The notes beneath the pieces were generated by a model. It was not told the origin of the DNA and ran no database searches. It saw only the letters and a program-made list of their open reading frames with translations. Below are positions 1 through 10,639 of a stretch of DNA of 34,335 bases, in pieces. This DNA is from Perkinsus olseni (lineage: Eukaryota): assembly GCA_013115125.1 (NCBI GenBank), contig JABANN010000376.1:1-34335 (forward strand), written 5' to 3'. The number at the start of each line of letters is the position of its first letter. The first letter of the stretch is position 1. The translations under genes were made by a program, and so were the position numbers.

Positions 1-132
1 TGATCGGCAGGGCGGGACGAGTCGAGTTGACGAGTTTTGGGTGGGAAGCTGCGATCGGGCCTAGGTTTGCAGTATTTGCTCGTTCCGACTACGATGATTT
101 TCGTATGCGGGCGATTGATCGTGAGGTGCACT
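1..132 (+). CDS. Possible 3' fragment of a superfamily-2 helicase (motif VI region), cut by the window start; may be a pseudogene
   Basis: The frame from position 3 reads IGRAGRVELTSFG...RSDYDDFRMRAIDRE. (M)IGRAGR resembles the QxxGRAGR motif VI of SF2 helicases. Only this one motif is visible. Confidence 0.25.
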
Positions 133-984
133 AAGATTGCTTGTTTGTCTTTGGATCTCTCCGTAACAACTTCGCATAGGGCGATGTCTGTGTACGGGGA
201 TTGACGACGCTTAGCAGCTGTGCTAAGACGTCTCACCGCTAGCACACATCTCTCGGGTTGGCAGGGAAGAGATCATCTTGCACACCAATAGTTATGCCAC
301 AGCTATTGTGGGAGCCACAGAGACCACTATATCTAGCTTGCTATCGTCGTTATAACTGAAACAGTGAATCCAATGCATATGTTCGGCATCCGCACGTACG
401 TATCTCATGTGCTGCGCTTAAAGCGTATGCGTTCATTGTGTTGCGTGCGCACTCCCTTTGTTCTCGTATTCCACCGAGGTAACGCTACGCGTACTTACAA
501 AAAAGAACGCCGGGTGTCAACTGCATTAACCCATCGAGTAAACCGCTCATTAGCAAGTTTCTAGTAGCAACTCAGAGTGAAACCGGTTACTAGGGAAGCA
601 AGTAGTAAGCACACACATGTCTCCTTATTGCGCAACCGCTCAATGTATACTCCTGCGCTGGGTCTTCCACCCTCCGTTCCTGAAGGGAACTCCACACGCC
701 TGAAAATGACACGCTCGTGGATAGAACTTGGTACCAAAGGCACAACAGCCTGCCGTACCACCCTATTCACCAATATCGCTGGACCATTGTCCATGGTCCC
801 CAACACACCTGTCATACGAGGGTCCATTCACTTAGTTAAATAATGAACTTCATCGTCATAAGGGCCAATGACCATGCAACTCTAAAGTCTTGAACAACTA
901 CAAATTCGTAGTCTACAAAAGCTTATGTCAGAGGGATGAATACGAGACTACGAGGGGAACCCGCGAACACTCTTTACGCGATAA

Positions 985-1052
985 AAACAGGTAAATTGGC
1001 AGAGTTCTTGACTTCATATCAGAAGGTCTCCGGTTCAATGCCGATGGGAGGC
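985..1052 (+). pseudogene. Degenerate tRNA-like sequence
   Basis: ttga-cttcata-tcag forms a partial anticodon arm, followed by aaggtctccggttcaatgccg with a B-box-like GGTTCAATGCC. Acceptor and D arms do not pair convincingly. Confidence 0.25.
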
Positions 1053-1057
1053 GTAGA

Positions 1058-1494
1058 CCACGTTCTTTCTGAAAACCGTCCACGACGTGGAAGGAACAAA
1101 TCATGGTCGAAACGTGTCAGTATGAATGGAGCTATAAGATAGGCTTTGTATTTGTTTCAAACAGCTTCTTTGACACAATGAGTGAAATAACCAATACAAC
1201 AATGAAGCGCAAAATGAACATTATCTTACCTAAGTGAGTGAAAAATTCACCGTCACTCATTAACCAGACGAATTGACGAAGTATGATACAGCAATGTGAC
1301 GCGCTAAACCGAACGAGTGGTATGGTCTGCACGAATCTAAGGCTTGGCGAACATCTACTAAACCCTGTTTGTTAGGTGTGTTACTGGCGTAGTGGTATGT
1401 GCCGCATCTTACGCACGCTAGGCCGCGGGCTCAAATACACGCGAACGTTACTTTATTGAATTGATCTTTTGCAGCGAGTGAGAAACAGGGGGGC
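1058..1494. repeat. Direct repeat, copy 1 of a 437-bp unit (offset 479 bp)
   Basis: ccacgttctttctgaaaaccgtccacgacgtggaagg...gagaaacaggggggc aligns at a constant 479-bp offset to 1537-1973, with scattered substitutions. Confidence 0.95.
1378..1449 (+). pseudogene. tRNA-derived element inside repeat copy 1 (degenerate, Val(TAC)-like)
   Basis: A-box TGGCGTAGTGG at 1385-1395, loop CT-TAC-GC, and a damaged B-box GGCTCAAATAC. Confidence 0.35.
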
Positions 1495-1521
1495 TTGGGT
1501 GTACTAAACCACTCATGGGAG

Positions 1522-1548
1522 AAAAGATCGTGGCATCCACGATCTTTT
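1522..1548. repeat. Perfect 12-bp inverted repeat at the junction of the tandem duplication
   Basis: aaaagatcgtgg-cat-ccacgatctttt. Confidence 0.9.
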
Positions 1549-1973
1549 TGAAAACCGTCCACGACGTGGAAGGAACAAATCATAATCGAAACGTATCAGT
1601 GTGAATGGAGCTATAAGATAGGCTTCGTATTTGTTTCAAACAGCTTCTTTGACACAATAAGTGAAATAGCCAATACAACAATGAAGCGTAAAATGAACAT
1701 CATCTTACCTAACTGAGTGATTAATTCGCCGTCACTCGTTAATCAGACGAATTGACGAAGTATGATGCAGCAATGTGACGCGCTAAACCGAACGAGTGGT
1801 ATGATCCGCACGAATCTAAGGCTTGGCGAACATCTACTAAACCCTGTTCGTTAGGTGTGCTACTGGCGTAGTGGTATGTGCCGCATCTTACGCACGCTAG
1901 GCCGCGGGTTCAAATACGCGCGAACGTTACTTTATTGAATTGATCAATTGCAGCGAGTGAGAAACAGGGGGGC
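1537..1973. repeat. Direct repeat, copy 2 of the 437-bp unit
   Basis: ccacgatctttttgaaaaccgtccacgacgtggaagg...gagaaacaggggggc matches 1058-1494. Confidence 0.95.
1857..1928 (+). pseudogene. tRNA-derived element inside repeat copy 2 (degenerate, Val(TAC)-like)
   Basis: A-box TGGCGTAGTGG at 1864-1874 and B-box-like GGTTCAAATAC at 1907-1917, at tRNA spacing. Putative anticodon loop CTTACGC at 1887-1893. Stems are only partly paired. Confidence 0.4.
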
Positions 1974-3134
1974 ACCTTGAGGAGGTCAGGAGCCGGTGTG
2001 GAAATTTCAACACGCCAGCCGTTGAGCGAGACCGCGACTGGTAGTCACATCCGTTTGGCAAACGTGAACTTCAATTTAGATAAAATCGTAAGTTGGGTCC
2101 TGATGAGTCAGAGACGCTCTCCCCTCACGACGAGCTTCCTTAAGAAGACGCGATCCTAAGAAGACCACCTCAGTAGTGGTGTAGTACTTCACCTAGATGC
2201 TTCGGTGAATAAGGCTTAGTCTGAGAAATCGTTCCGTTGGTGCGGGGGGAATGAGTTTTTTTGGAACTCAGCCGGCAGATCAGGAGGAAAGGAGAGGAAA
2301 GATTGATGGTCCATCAATGATGGAGCGCGCCAAAAGTTGGATATCATGTCGCCAATCCAGGGAACTTCCCGCGAACTTGAACGAGCAGCTGTAGGGGCAG
2401 TCACACAAATCGCAGAACGCCCGTTCTCGAGGATAGTTGTGGATTCTTCCTCCGAGTGTGTGAGATTTTGAGAGTGTACACCTACATGTTTGGCAGGTGA
2501 AAACAGGACAAGTATGGGGGAAAAAGTGCACGCACTATCATAATGCTGAGAAGGATGACAGAACACGTCCTGTTTAGATACGTTCGGCCAGATCGGTCTC
2601 ATTGACGCCTCTCGTTTGCTATCTCCACAATTTGGACCCTGGAGCAGCATCGCTGGTGATACTCTGAGGCAGATAAACCAATCCATTCCCTCTCGGCAGG
2701 ATCCACTCTTCATCGCGAGGCTGTGACCAACTACTGGAACACTAGCTCTGCCGCGGCGCCTTGCTCGAGTTCCATCTACAGAGCTCGAGAATGTGATGAC
2801 CCAGCTAGTCCCCTGCTTCAGATTCAGTTAAGGAGCTCCCCTTCGGGACTGTTAGCCCTGTATGCCATCGTTCCATTTTTGCAGCAGTTCCCTACGGCTG
2901 CACATCGGCTCACACTTGTTTCTGGTCCGTCCCTGCCTTCTGTTGTGGAAGCGTTCGGGTTAACTGACTAACGCATCACGGAGGCTATTGTTCAGGAAGC
3001 TTCTCCGGTTGAATGTACCCCCTGAGGAGAGCTTCTTGACAATTTGTCTTATCGCACTGGATGTCAACGCCGCAGAAAGTCTTCAACTGAGCACATCGGC
3101 TAAGCCGGAATCGGCGTTGGACTATAAACTCGCA

Positions 3135-4290
3135 TCGGTGTTTCTCGGTACCCAGTGTGACTATGGTAACGAAAGAAACTATGGTAGCGCGACTATCTCA
3201 TGAAGGAAGGAATTGTCGCCGGTGTTCAAGGCATCGAGAGCCGCTACCCATTCCTCGATCGCCATACGAGCTCTGTGTATCAGCCTTTCCCCACTATAAC
3301 ACCTCTCCGGAGGAGCATGCTGGGAAACGATGATTCGCAGCCACAGACACCCACAGGTTTTTTAGCCGTGTAAAGTGAACCAGTAAACTCATACATAGGA
3401 TGCAAGCATACGATCACCAGCCGCCTGCAGAGTATCGCGTCGATGTCTCTGCTATCAGCAGACTGCTAAGCTCCATCACCGTCCAAGCAGTTACCCAGAA
3501 GTAGGCCGTCAAAGAGTTCTGAGCGTCATGCGCGATTTCCCCTGACTTCTACGCGGCAACGGATCCGCTTGTCTGATTTGTAACTTCCATTTTTCGACAA
3601 CTTGCATGAGGAGGGCTCCCTACGCATCGATACTACACAGACCGACCGTGCAGTGGTTCAGGATGTTAGCTGGGCCAGCGGAGTCAACTGCGGATGGCCA
3701 ATTTTCCAACTACTATCCTCTGGCGTGTATAACACTACCTATGTGCAACACGATGCGCTGTAAACGCTGCTGATCGTAAGGAACTCCCGCTCGAGGGCGC
3801 AGACAGTTGTATCAATGTTGCGAGTCGCGTCCAAGGTTCAGTTCGGCGGAGTCGAAGAACTGCTTCGGTGGGCACTAGAACACTATTCAGCCGCGGGAGA
3901 GCCAGTCGTGAATTTAGGGTGTCCTTCGCGTATGGGCGTCGTTAAGTCGTATGCGAGCTAATGAAGGACAGTGGGATCACCTCAGTTAAGTACCGAAAAA
4001 GAGAGCTTAACTCACAAGCCGTGCGCGTGTGCAGGGATGCCGCGGGCTACAATACCCTCGATATGAAATATCGTCACACCGTACCGGATGCTGTGATCAT
4101 AGCTAACGTTCACCGCGTTGGATGGCCGTAATCGACATGGCTTCACCAAGCCACTTCCTCAAAGCCCGAGCGCCCTGACTGCGGATCAAGGTAACGTGTT
4201 TCTCTTCCAATCTCCTCGCATTGTCACCCTTCGTGTTAGACTCTATCTAGATTCTATTGGCCAAGCCTACAAGTTATGTTAACGCAATCA
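3135..4290 (+). pseudogene. Decayed duplicate of the 3' part of the AsnB-like gene (about 12409-13327)
   Basis: Shared blocks include ggcatcgagagccgctacccattcctcgatcgcc (about 3230 vs about 12473), ggagcatgctgggaaacga, tgcagtggttcaggat, ggatggccaattttc and gtcgcgtccaaggttc. There are frameshifts, stops, deletions and a ~225-bp insertion at about 3965-4188. Confidence 0.9.
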
Positions 4291-4334
4291 GCCTGCGGCT
4301 CTATGGAAACAGGGCAATAATAGCCATAAAACAA

Positions 4335-4560
4335 CAGTGGCACGCAGTTTATAGACAACAACAGTAAAGTAGTCGATTGTGTCGACTTCAGGAACTGATC
4401 AATACTCCTCTGATGGCAGGAGTTGAAGGAACGACGCAGTAACAGGGAGAAATGAGGAGGCGGAGAGCGAAAAGGGAATACAACAATCGGATCTAGATCG
4501 CTTGAGGCCAGGGTCTTAGCGTGGATGGCCTACCTCGGCATGCGGCACGATACGGCACCA
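4335..4560 (-). pseudogene. Decayed duplicate of the 3' end of the inositol 5-phosphatase gene (about 13365-13592)
   Basis: cacgcagtttata...ggaactgatc(a/g)atactcctctg and cttagcg(t/c)ggatggcctacctcggcat match the 13368-13577 region. Confidence 0.85.
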
Positions 4561-4642
4561 AGGAACATCAAACAGTCTACTTGAACACCGTGGACTGCAA
4601 CCGCACCAGCCTTGAATCATTGAGTCACGACGTCAATAGCCT

Positions 4643-7600
4643 TTAATACGCCTCAGTGGAGTATCTCTTCTTCGCCTTAATGTCATTCTCAAACCACAAC
4701 TCAACCTCATCCTCTGTCATCTTGCCAACTGTACGTACCGCATTTTTCATTGCTGCCTCCACATCGGGAACAGCTACAGACGGTCCACAGAAGTAGAAGT
4801 AGCCACCAAGTTGCTGGATATACTTGTACAATAGCTCAGGGTTCTCAGCCATCTTATGCTGCACGAATATCATATGGTCTTGGTCATGAGAGAAGGCGTT
4901 GATGACCTTGGTCAACACCCCAGCTTCCACGAAGGCCTTCCACTCATCTCTGTATAAGAACTCCTCCTTCTCATGACGACATCCATAGAAGACTATCATA
5001 GGACCAGTATCCATCCCGAGGACCTTCCGCTTGTACATACGATCCTGAACAAAGGCTCTTATGGGCGCTATACCAGTTCCCAAGCCAGCCATAACCATGG
5101 GTGTACGCTCATCCTCAGGGAAGACAAAGGTTCCACTCGCCACGGAGACGCACATCTTAGTGTCCTTACTGAAGCCCAAGTACTTAGTACTGGTACCAGT
5201 TAGAAGTCTACCATCAGAGTTGGTCCATCTGTTGATGACAACAGTGAGCTCGACGATGCCAGGCGAATAGAAGGAGCTGTTAGCGATCGAGTAGAGCCGA
5301 GGCTTCAACAGAGGCACCGTCTCGAGGAAGTTGACCAACGTCATGGACTTGGCAGATTTTGGGAACATCTTGAGAACCTCTGCATAAGAAACGCTCTTTC
5401 CCAACAACTTCTTGAACTTAACGTCATCATTAGCTATATCAGTGAGCTGCTTAGATTCTCCCTCATCACAGCTTATACGAGCAAGTTGCTTATAGAAGCT
5501 CCGACTGGGCTTACCAAAGATGTCGAGCAGCTCCGTGAAGATCTGCTTGGTAGGCATCCGGGCCGTGAAGGCAGAGCGCAGACGTGTTGGTACGTCCTCA
5601 GAGAGACACTTCACCGAGACGACATCGTTACGGTCTAGATGCATCAACACTTCGTCGAAGAGGTTGTCGACATCCTCCCTCAAGTTCTGTGGATAAAGCG
5701 TGATGGCATCACCAAGCCTGAAGGGTAGGTCCACAGCACTGATGTCCAGCACGATGTGACGAATATCACGCTCATACTCCATCGGCGTCATACGGCGGTT
5801 CTCACGCACAGGGACGGCATGAGACCCCGGAGGTACTATACGGTGATAAGGCAGCTGCTTCTCAGTAGCAGTAACAGGCAGACTAGTAACCTCAAACAAG
5901 GCCTCGTACTCTTCCTCTTCCTCTGGCTTAGCACCGACCTCTTCACAGAGCCCAGGCAACCACTGGTCGAAAGCAGTAGCCCAGCCATCCTCGTCCCGGT
6001 CATCTCCCTTGGCAATATCGAGGACTCGACTGACACCAAGTTCGGCCATGCGCTTGTCGATCTTCACAGCAGCTTCACAGAATTGTTCGTAAGAACTATC
6101 ACCCATGCCGAACATACAGAATCGACCACCGAGCTTCTTATTCTTCGGTAGAGCGGACATTTGCTCCCAAAGAGCCTGGGCTGCTGCTGGCATATCACCA
6201 TCACCACAAGTAGACGTCATGAGCACTAGTAGATCCTCAGCCTGGGTGGCTTCCTCAAGGACCAACTCGTCCATACCGGTGCAAACGTTAACACTGACAC
6301 CACGGCGCTTGAGTATGCCGGACAACCGCTTAGCGAGCTGTTCAGTAGTGCCAGTGTCCGAGCCGTAGTAGATCCTCACTCCAGCCGATAAACCCGAGGT
6401 AAGAACTTCAGCCGAGTGAGTCTTCTCCGCCGCGATGTCCTTCAACTTCTTATGGCGCTTCTCGATGTAGTCCTTGAGTTCAGTTTGCAGCTCCTCAGCG
6501 TGCTTTGGCATGCGCCTTACTAGCTGCTCAAAACGATTCTGGTTCTTCAAGAACTGGGCCAAAACCTCCGGCTTAATGTTCTTAGAGTCGAGCTGGAATG
6601 GATTCTTACGCTCCTCGGCGAGCTCGGGATCATAGCGGTAAAGAGGGTAGTAGCCTGACTCGACAGCTGCCTTCTGATCTTCGGGCATCCTAGTCAGACC
6701 CGTCTTAGTTCTATGTTCGATACAGGGGGCGTAGCAGAGTACAAGTGATGGGCCAGAATGCTTCTCGGCTTCATGGAAAGCCCGAACCGTCTGAGAGTAG
6801 TTGGCGCCCATGGAGCAGGAAGCTACATACACATTAGGGTATGCCATAGCCAGTTGACCCAAGTCCTTTTTCTGGAGGGCGCGACCATTCCGCATGAACT
6901 TGGCAACAGCTCCCATGGGAGTAGCCTTCGAGCCCTGGCCACCAGTGTTAGAGTAGACCTCAGTATCCAATACCACAATATTGACATTTTCGCCAAGTGC
7001 CAAGACATGATCTATGCCGCCGTAGCCGATATCATTGGCCCAACCATCACCACCGAGGATCCACATAGACGTCTTAACGAAGAGGTCAGAGAGCCTCTTG
7101 CACTCCTCGAGGCACCTCGGCAAGGGCGTCATGCCGTTCATGATTTCAACAGCTCGTTCACCGTACCTAGATGAGGCCTCGGGATGGTCAGCGTTATCAA
7201 GCCACTGCTGTAACACGAGCCTGATCTCGCCGGTAACCTCGGTATCATTCGCCAACGCCTCTTGTACACGAAGGCGTAGCTGCTGCCGCCTGTGGTGCAT
7301 AGTAACAGCCATGCCCATACCATACTCAGCATTATCTTCAAAAAGTGAGTTACCCCAGGCCGGGCCCTTGCCAGTCTTCTTGTCAACAGTATAAGGAATC
7401 CAACCAGCAGTAGCACCCCAGATAGAGCTGCACCCAGTAGCATTGGCAATGACCATGCGCTTACCGAACATCTGAGTCAGGAGCTTCGCGTAAGGCGTCT
7501 CGCCACAACCCTCACACGCGCCCGAGAACTCTAGTAAAGGCTGTTGGAACTGGGATCCCTTCAAGGTGTGAGCGTCAAAGCGGTCTCCACGAGACTCTAG

Positions 7601-10266
7601 AGTCATAGCATAGTCCCAGTTGTTCTTGTGACCTTCGGCCAGTGCATCAGGCAAAGGCTTCATCGCCAAGGCATTGTCGGGGCAAGCGTTCACGCAGACC
7701 TCACAGCCGGTGCAGTCCAGAGGAGAGGCTTGGATACGGAAAGCTAGGCCGGATACTTGATTACCACCGGTAGCTGGCTTAGTCAGGAAAGTCTCAGGAG
7801 TAGCATCACTGGCAAGCTCTTGAGGAGAAGCGAGGAATGGTCTGATAACACCGTGAGGGCAGATGGCTGAGCACTTGTTGCACTGAGTACATTTGTCCAT
7901 GTCAACGACAGGGATTGCCTGAGCCACACCACGCTTACCCCACTGCGTCATGCCCAATGGGACAGTGCCACCAGGCTGGAAGGCAGATACGGCTAGAGAG
8001 TCGCCTAGACGTGTTTGGATCTTATCCAACACATCTCGAACGAATGCCGGCTCCTCACCGCTGCGGGACTTGACCTGATCCAAGCGCTCACACTTCATCC
8101 ATCTGCTGAAGGGGACGTCGATCTTGTGGAGGTTGTCAATGGCATACCCCACAGCCAGGATGTTCTTGCGGACAACATCAGCACCCTTGTTCTTGTAAGT
8201 CTTCTCAATCGCAGCCTCGAAAAGTGGTAGTGCTTGCTCGTAAGGGAGGACACCAGAGAGACGGAAGAACACAGCTTGCATGATGTTGTTGATAAGTCTA
8301 CCCATACCCGACTCCTTAGCTACCAAGGAGGCGTTGATGACGAAAAGTTTGAGACGCTTCTCGGCCACCATCAGCTTGAACTTCGATGGGAGTTCTTCAT
8401 CAAGCTCTTCCACGGTCAGCCAAGGGGCGTTCAACACGAGGATGCTCTCCGGTTTGCTGGCACCGAGGATCAGAGAAGCGTCGAACGCCTTGACGTACTC
8501 CTTCTTGTGCACGGCGACGTATTCACATCCGCTAGTGATCTCGTAGGGCGAATTTATAGGCCTGGGACCAAAGCGAAGATGCGACACTGTGACCCCACCA
8601 GACTTGAGGGCATCGTAGGCGAAATATCCCTGAGCATAGAGATCGGTGTTGTCCGCTATGATCTTGATGGCGTTCTTATTGGCGCCCACCGTGCCATCCG
8701 AGCCGAAGCCCCAGAACATGCACTGAGTAGTAGAGGGATCAGACACGTCAATCTCATCCGAGACGGCCAGGGAAATGTTGTTCACGTCGTCATCAATTCC
8801 AACCGTGAACGGCGACTTGGGCACCCGGGCGTCGACAAGATTTCTCACAGCTGCATAGACTTGGCCCGGGGTGAAGTTCTTGGAAGCCAATCCAAAACGT
8901 CCACCGATCACCTGAGCAAGAAAGGTTAATGAGACCCAACTCCCGGGGTAACAAACGCCGAAGAACTGCCCCTTACCAGGATATCGGGCCTCTTTGACTT
9001 CTGGATACTAGCGCATACATCAACATAGAGGGGCTCTCCAATAGCACCTGCTTCCTTGCAGTGGTCCAGTACGCAAATGCGCTGCACCGTCGCTGGAAGA
9101 GCATTCAAAAAGTGTGGAACCGACCATGGCCTCAGGAGTCTCACTCGGACCAGCCCGAGCTTGTAACGAGGCTGTCGCTTCGCCAAATAAGCGATGGTCT
9201 CGGCAACCGTAGAGGAACCGGCCCCCATAACGACGAATACATGAGTAGCATTCGGGTCACCCTCATAGTCGAAAATGTTATATTCCCTACCAGTCAAGGC
9301 CTTGATCATATCAAAGGCCCCCAAGAGATGCTCGGGCACGGCGTCATAGTAGGGATTAGCGGCCTCAACATTCTGGAAGTAGATGTCGGGCGACTGGGCT
9401 GTGCCACGAACGGTCGGGTGGTTTGGGTTGAGGGCACGAGAGCGATGCTTGTCGATCTCCTTGGACATGATCTGGGCCACCAACTTCATCTGGTCAGCAG
9501 TGAGATCGTTAATCTTCTGTATCTCATGGGAAGTCCTGAACCCATCGAAGAAGTGGATGAATGGCACCGAGGACTTCAACGTGGCTATGTGAGCAGCCAA
9601 AGCCATATCCATACACTCTTGGACGGAGCTGGCACAGAGAAGAGCCCAACCAGTTTGACGCACAGCCATGATGTCAGAGTGGTCACCGAAAATTGACAAA
9701 GCTTGACCAGCGATGGCTCTTGCCGGTACATGAAAAACGCACGGAATGAGCTCACCAGCGATCTTGTAGAGGTTAGGGATCATTAACAAAAGCCCTTGAG
9801 ATGCAGTGAAGGTAGACGCCATACCACCGACTGCGAGGGAACCATGGACTGCACCGGCTACACCTCCCTCACTCTGCATCTGCCTAATCACAGTGCACTG
9901 ACCGAAGGCATTCTTGACACCAGCAGCAGACCATTGGTCACAATTCTCGCCAAGAGGAGTGGAAGGTGTAATGGGATAGATGAAAACGGAATCGGATAGA
10001 TTATAGGCCACGAAGGAGGCCGCACCGGCGCCATCATAAGGCTTCATGCCTGTATTCCGAGATGCTTCCAATTTGGCCAACATCTTCGGATCTTCTTGCG
10101 AGGCCCGAGGGACCGGAGGGCCCAGCTTCTCATCAGACGACTTGGCCCTCCTGCTGGTCAGGGCATAGGTGAAGACGCCAGCCGCTGCCAACGCAGCAGC
10201 CCCACCAGCAAGGGTCAAAGGGGTGAGCTTAACAACTCCAGGCTCCTCGGAGTCTTTCTGAGGCAT
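4643..10266 (-). CDS. PNO: Pyruvate:NAD(P)+ oxidoreductase (PFOR fused to a CPR-like FMN/FAD/NAD(P)H module), 1852 aa. Exons 10266-8977 and 8911-4643; 65-nt GT-AG intron at 8912-8976.
   Basis: PFOR motifs YPITPS, QMQSEGG, TASQGLLLM, FDGFRTSHE, GxDGTVGANK. Two ferredoxin motifs (CTQCNKCSAICP, CTGCEVCVNACP), plus GACEGCGE, ATGCSSIWG and the TPP motif GGDGW...NTGGQ. Flavodoxin motifs YGSDTGTTE and STCGDGD; FAD motif PRLYSIA; NAD(P) motifs GLGTGIAP, YGCR and YFCG. The splice ctg|gtaagg...ctcag|gtg joins PDIL to VIGGRFG in frame. Confidence 0.97.
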
Positions 10267-10525
10267 TGGTAAATGACAGAACACTGACAACGGAAGGAGT
10301 GCGGCTGTGAAACGACAGTGATTTAATGGGCATTGCCCACCCGATGTGATGAACGTCACCAAAACGCGGAGCGATACACGACCAAGATGTACACAACGTG
10401 CTGTATATACACCTGACGAGAAGGCTTGATGAGAGGCATATTCCTTGGCGAAAGAGAGAAACGGCGATTTATTGTTAGTGATTGAGTGCCGATTGAGTTA
10501 ACACTATACTAGATAACAACTTATG

Positions 10526-10639
10526 TGCAAGTGCTGACACTATGCCACACGGCGCGGAAGCAGTCCGGCGATGAAGCACCGAGTGAGGCTGCCTCCCAGC
10601 ATCACCTGCTGCTGTCACGTGGCATAGTGGCATGTTGCA
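10526..10639. other. ~115-nt fold-back structure in the divergent PNO/AsnB intergenic region
   Basis: cactatgccac (10538-10548) pairs with gtggcatagtg (10619-10629). It is extended outward by tgcaa-gtgc/gcat-g-ttgca, with inner stems ggaagcagtc/ggctgcctcc and cagca/tgctg. Confidence 0.55.

Noticed and set aside
364-843. Short ORFs on both strands
   Set aside because: No recognisable motifs, and lengths are within chance expectation.
1058-1973. Repeat pair as LTRs or a CRISPR array
   Set aside because: Only 42 bp separate the copies, there are no TG...CA termini or internal gag/pol, and there is no short repeat-spacer periodicity.
8905-8980. Apparent split or frameshift of PFOR into two genes
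   Set aside because: A canonical 65-nt GT-AG intron restores the frame and explains it fully.
4973-9999. Many plus-strand ORFs (up to 231 aa) opposite PNO
   Set aside because: They are antisense shadows of a strongly codon-biased gene and have no motifs of their own.
10267-10362. ORF-track N-terminal extension of PNO (MVTFITS...)
   Set aside because: It starts at a non-ATG codon; the first in-frame ATG is at 10266.
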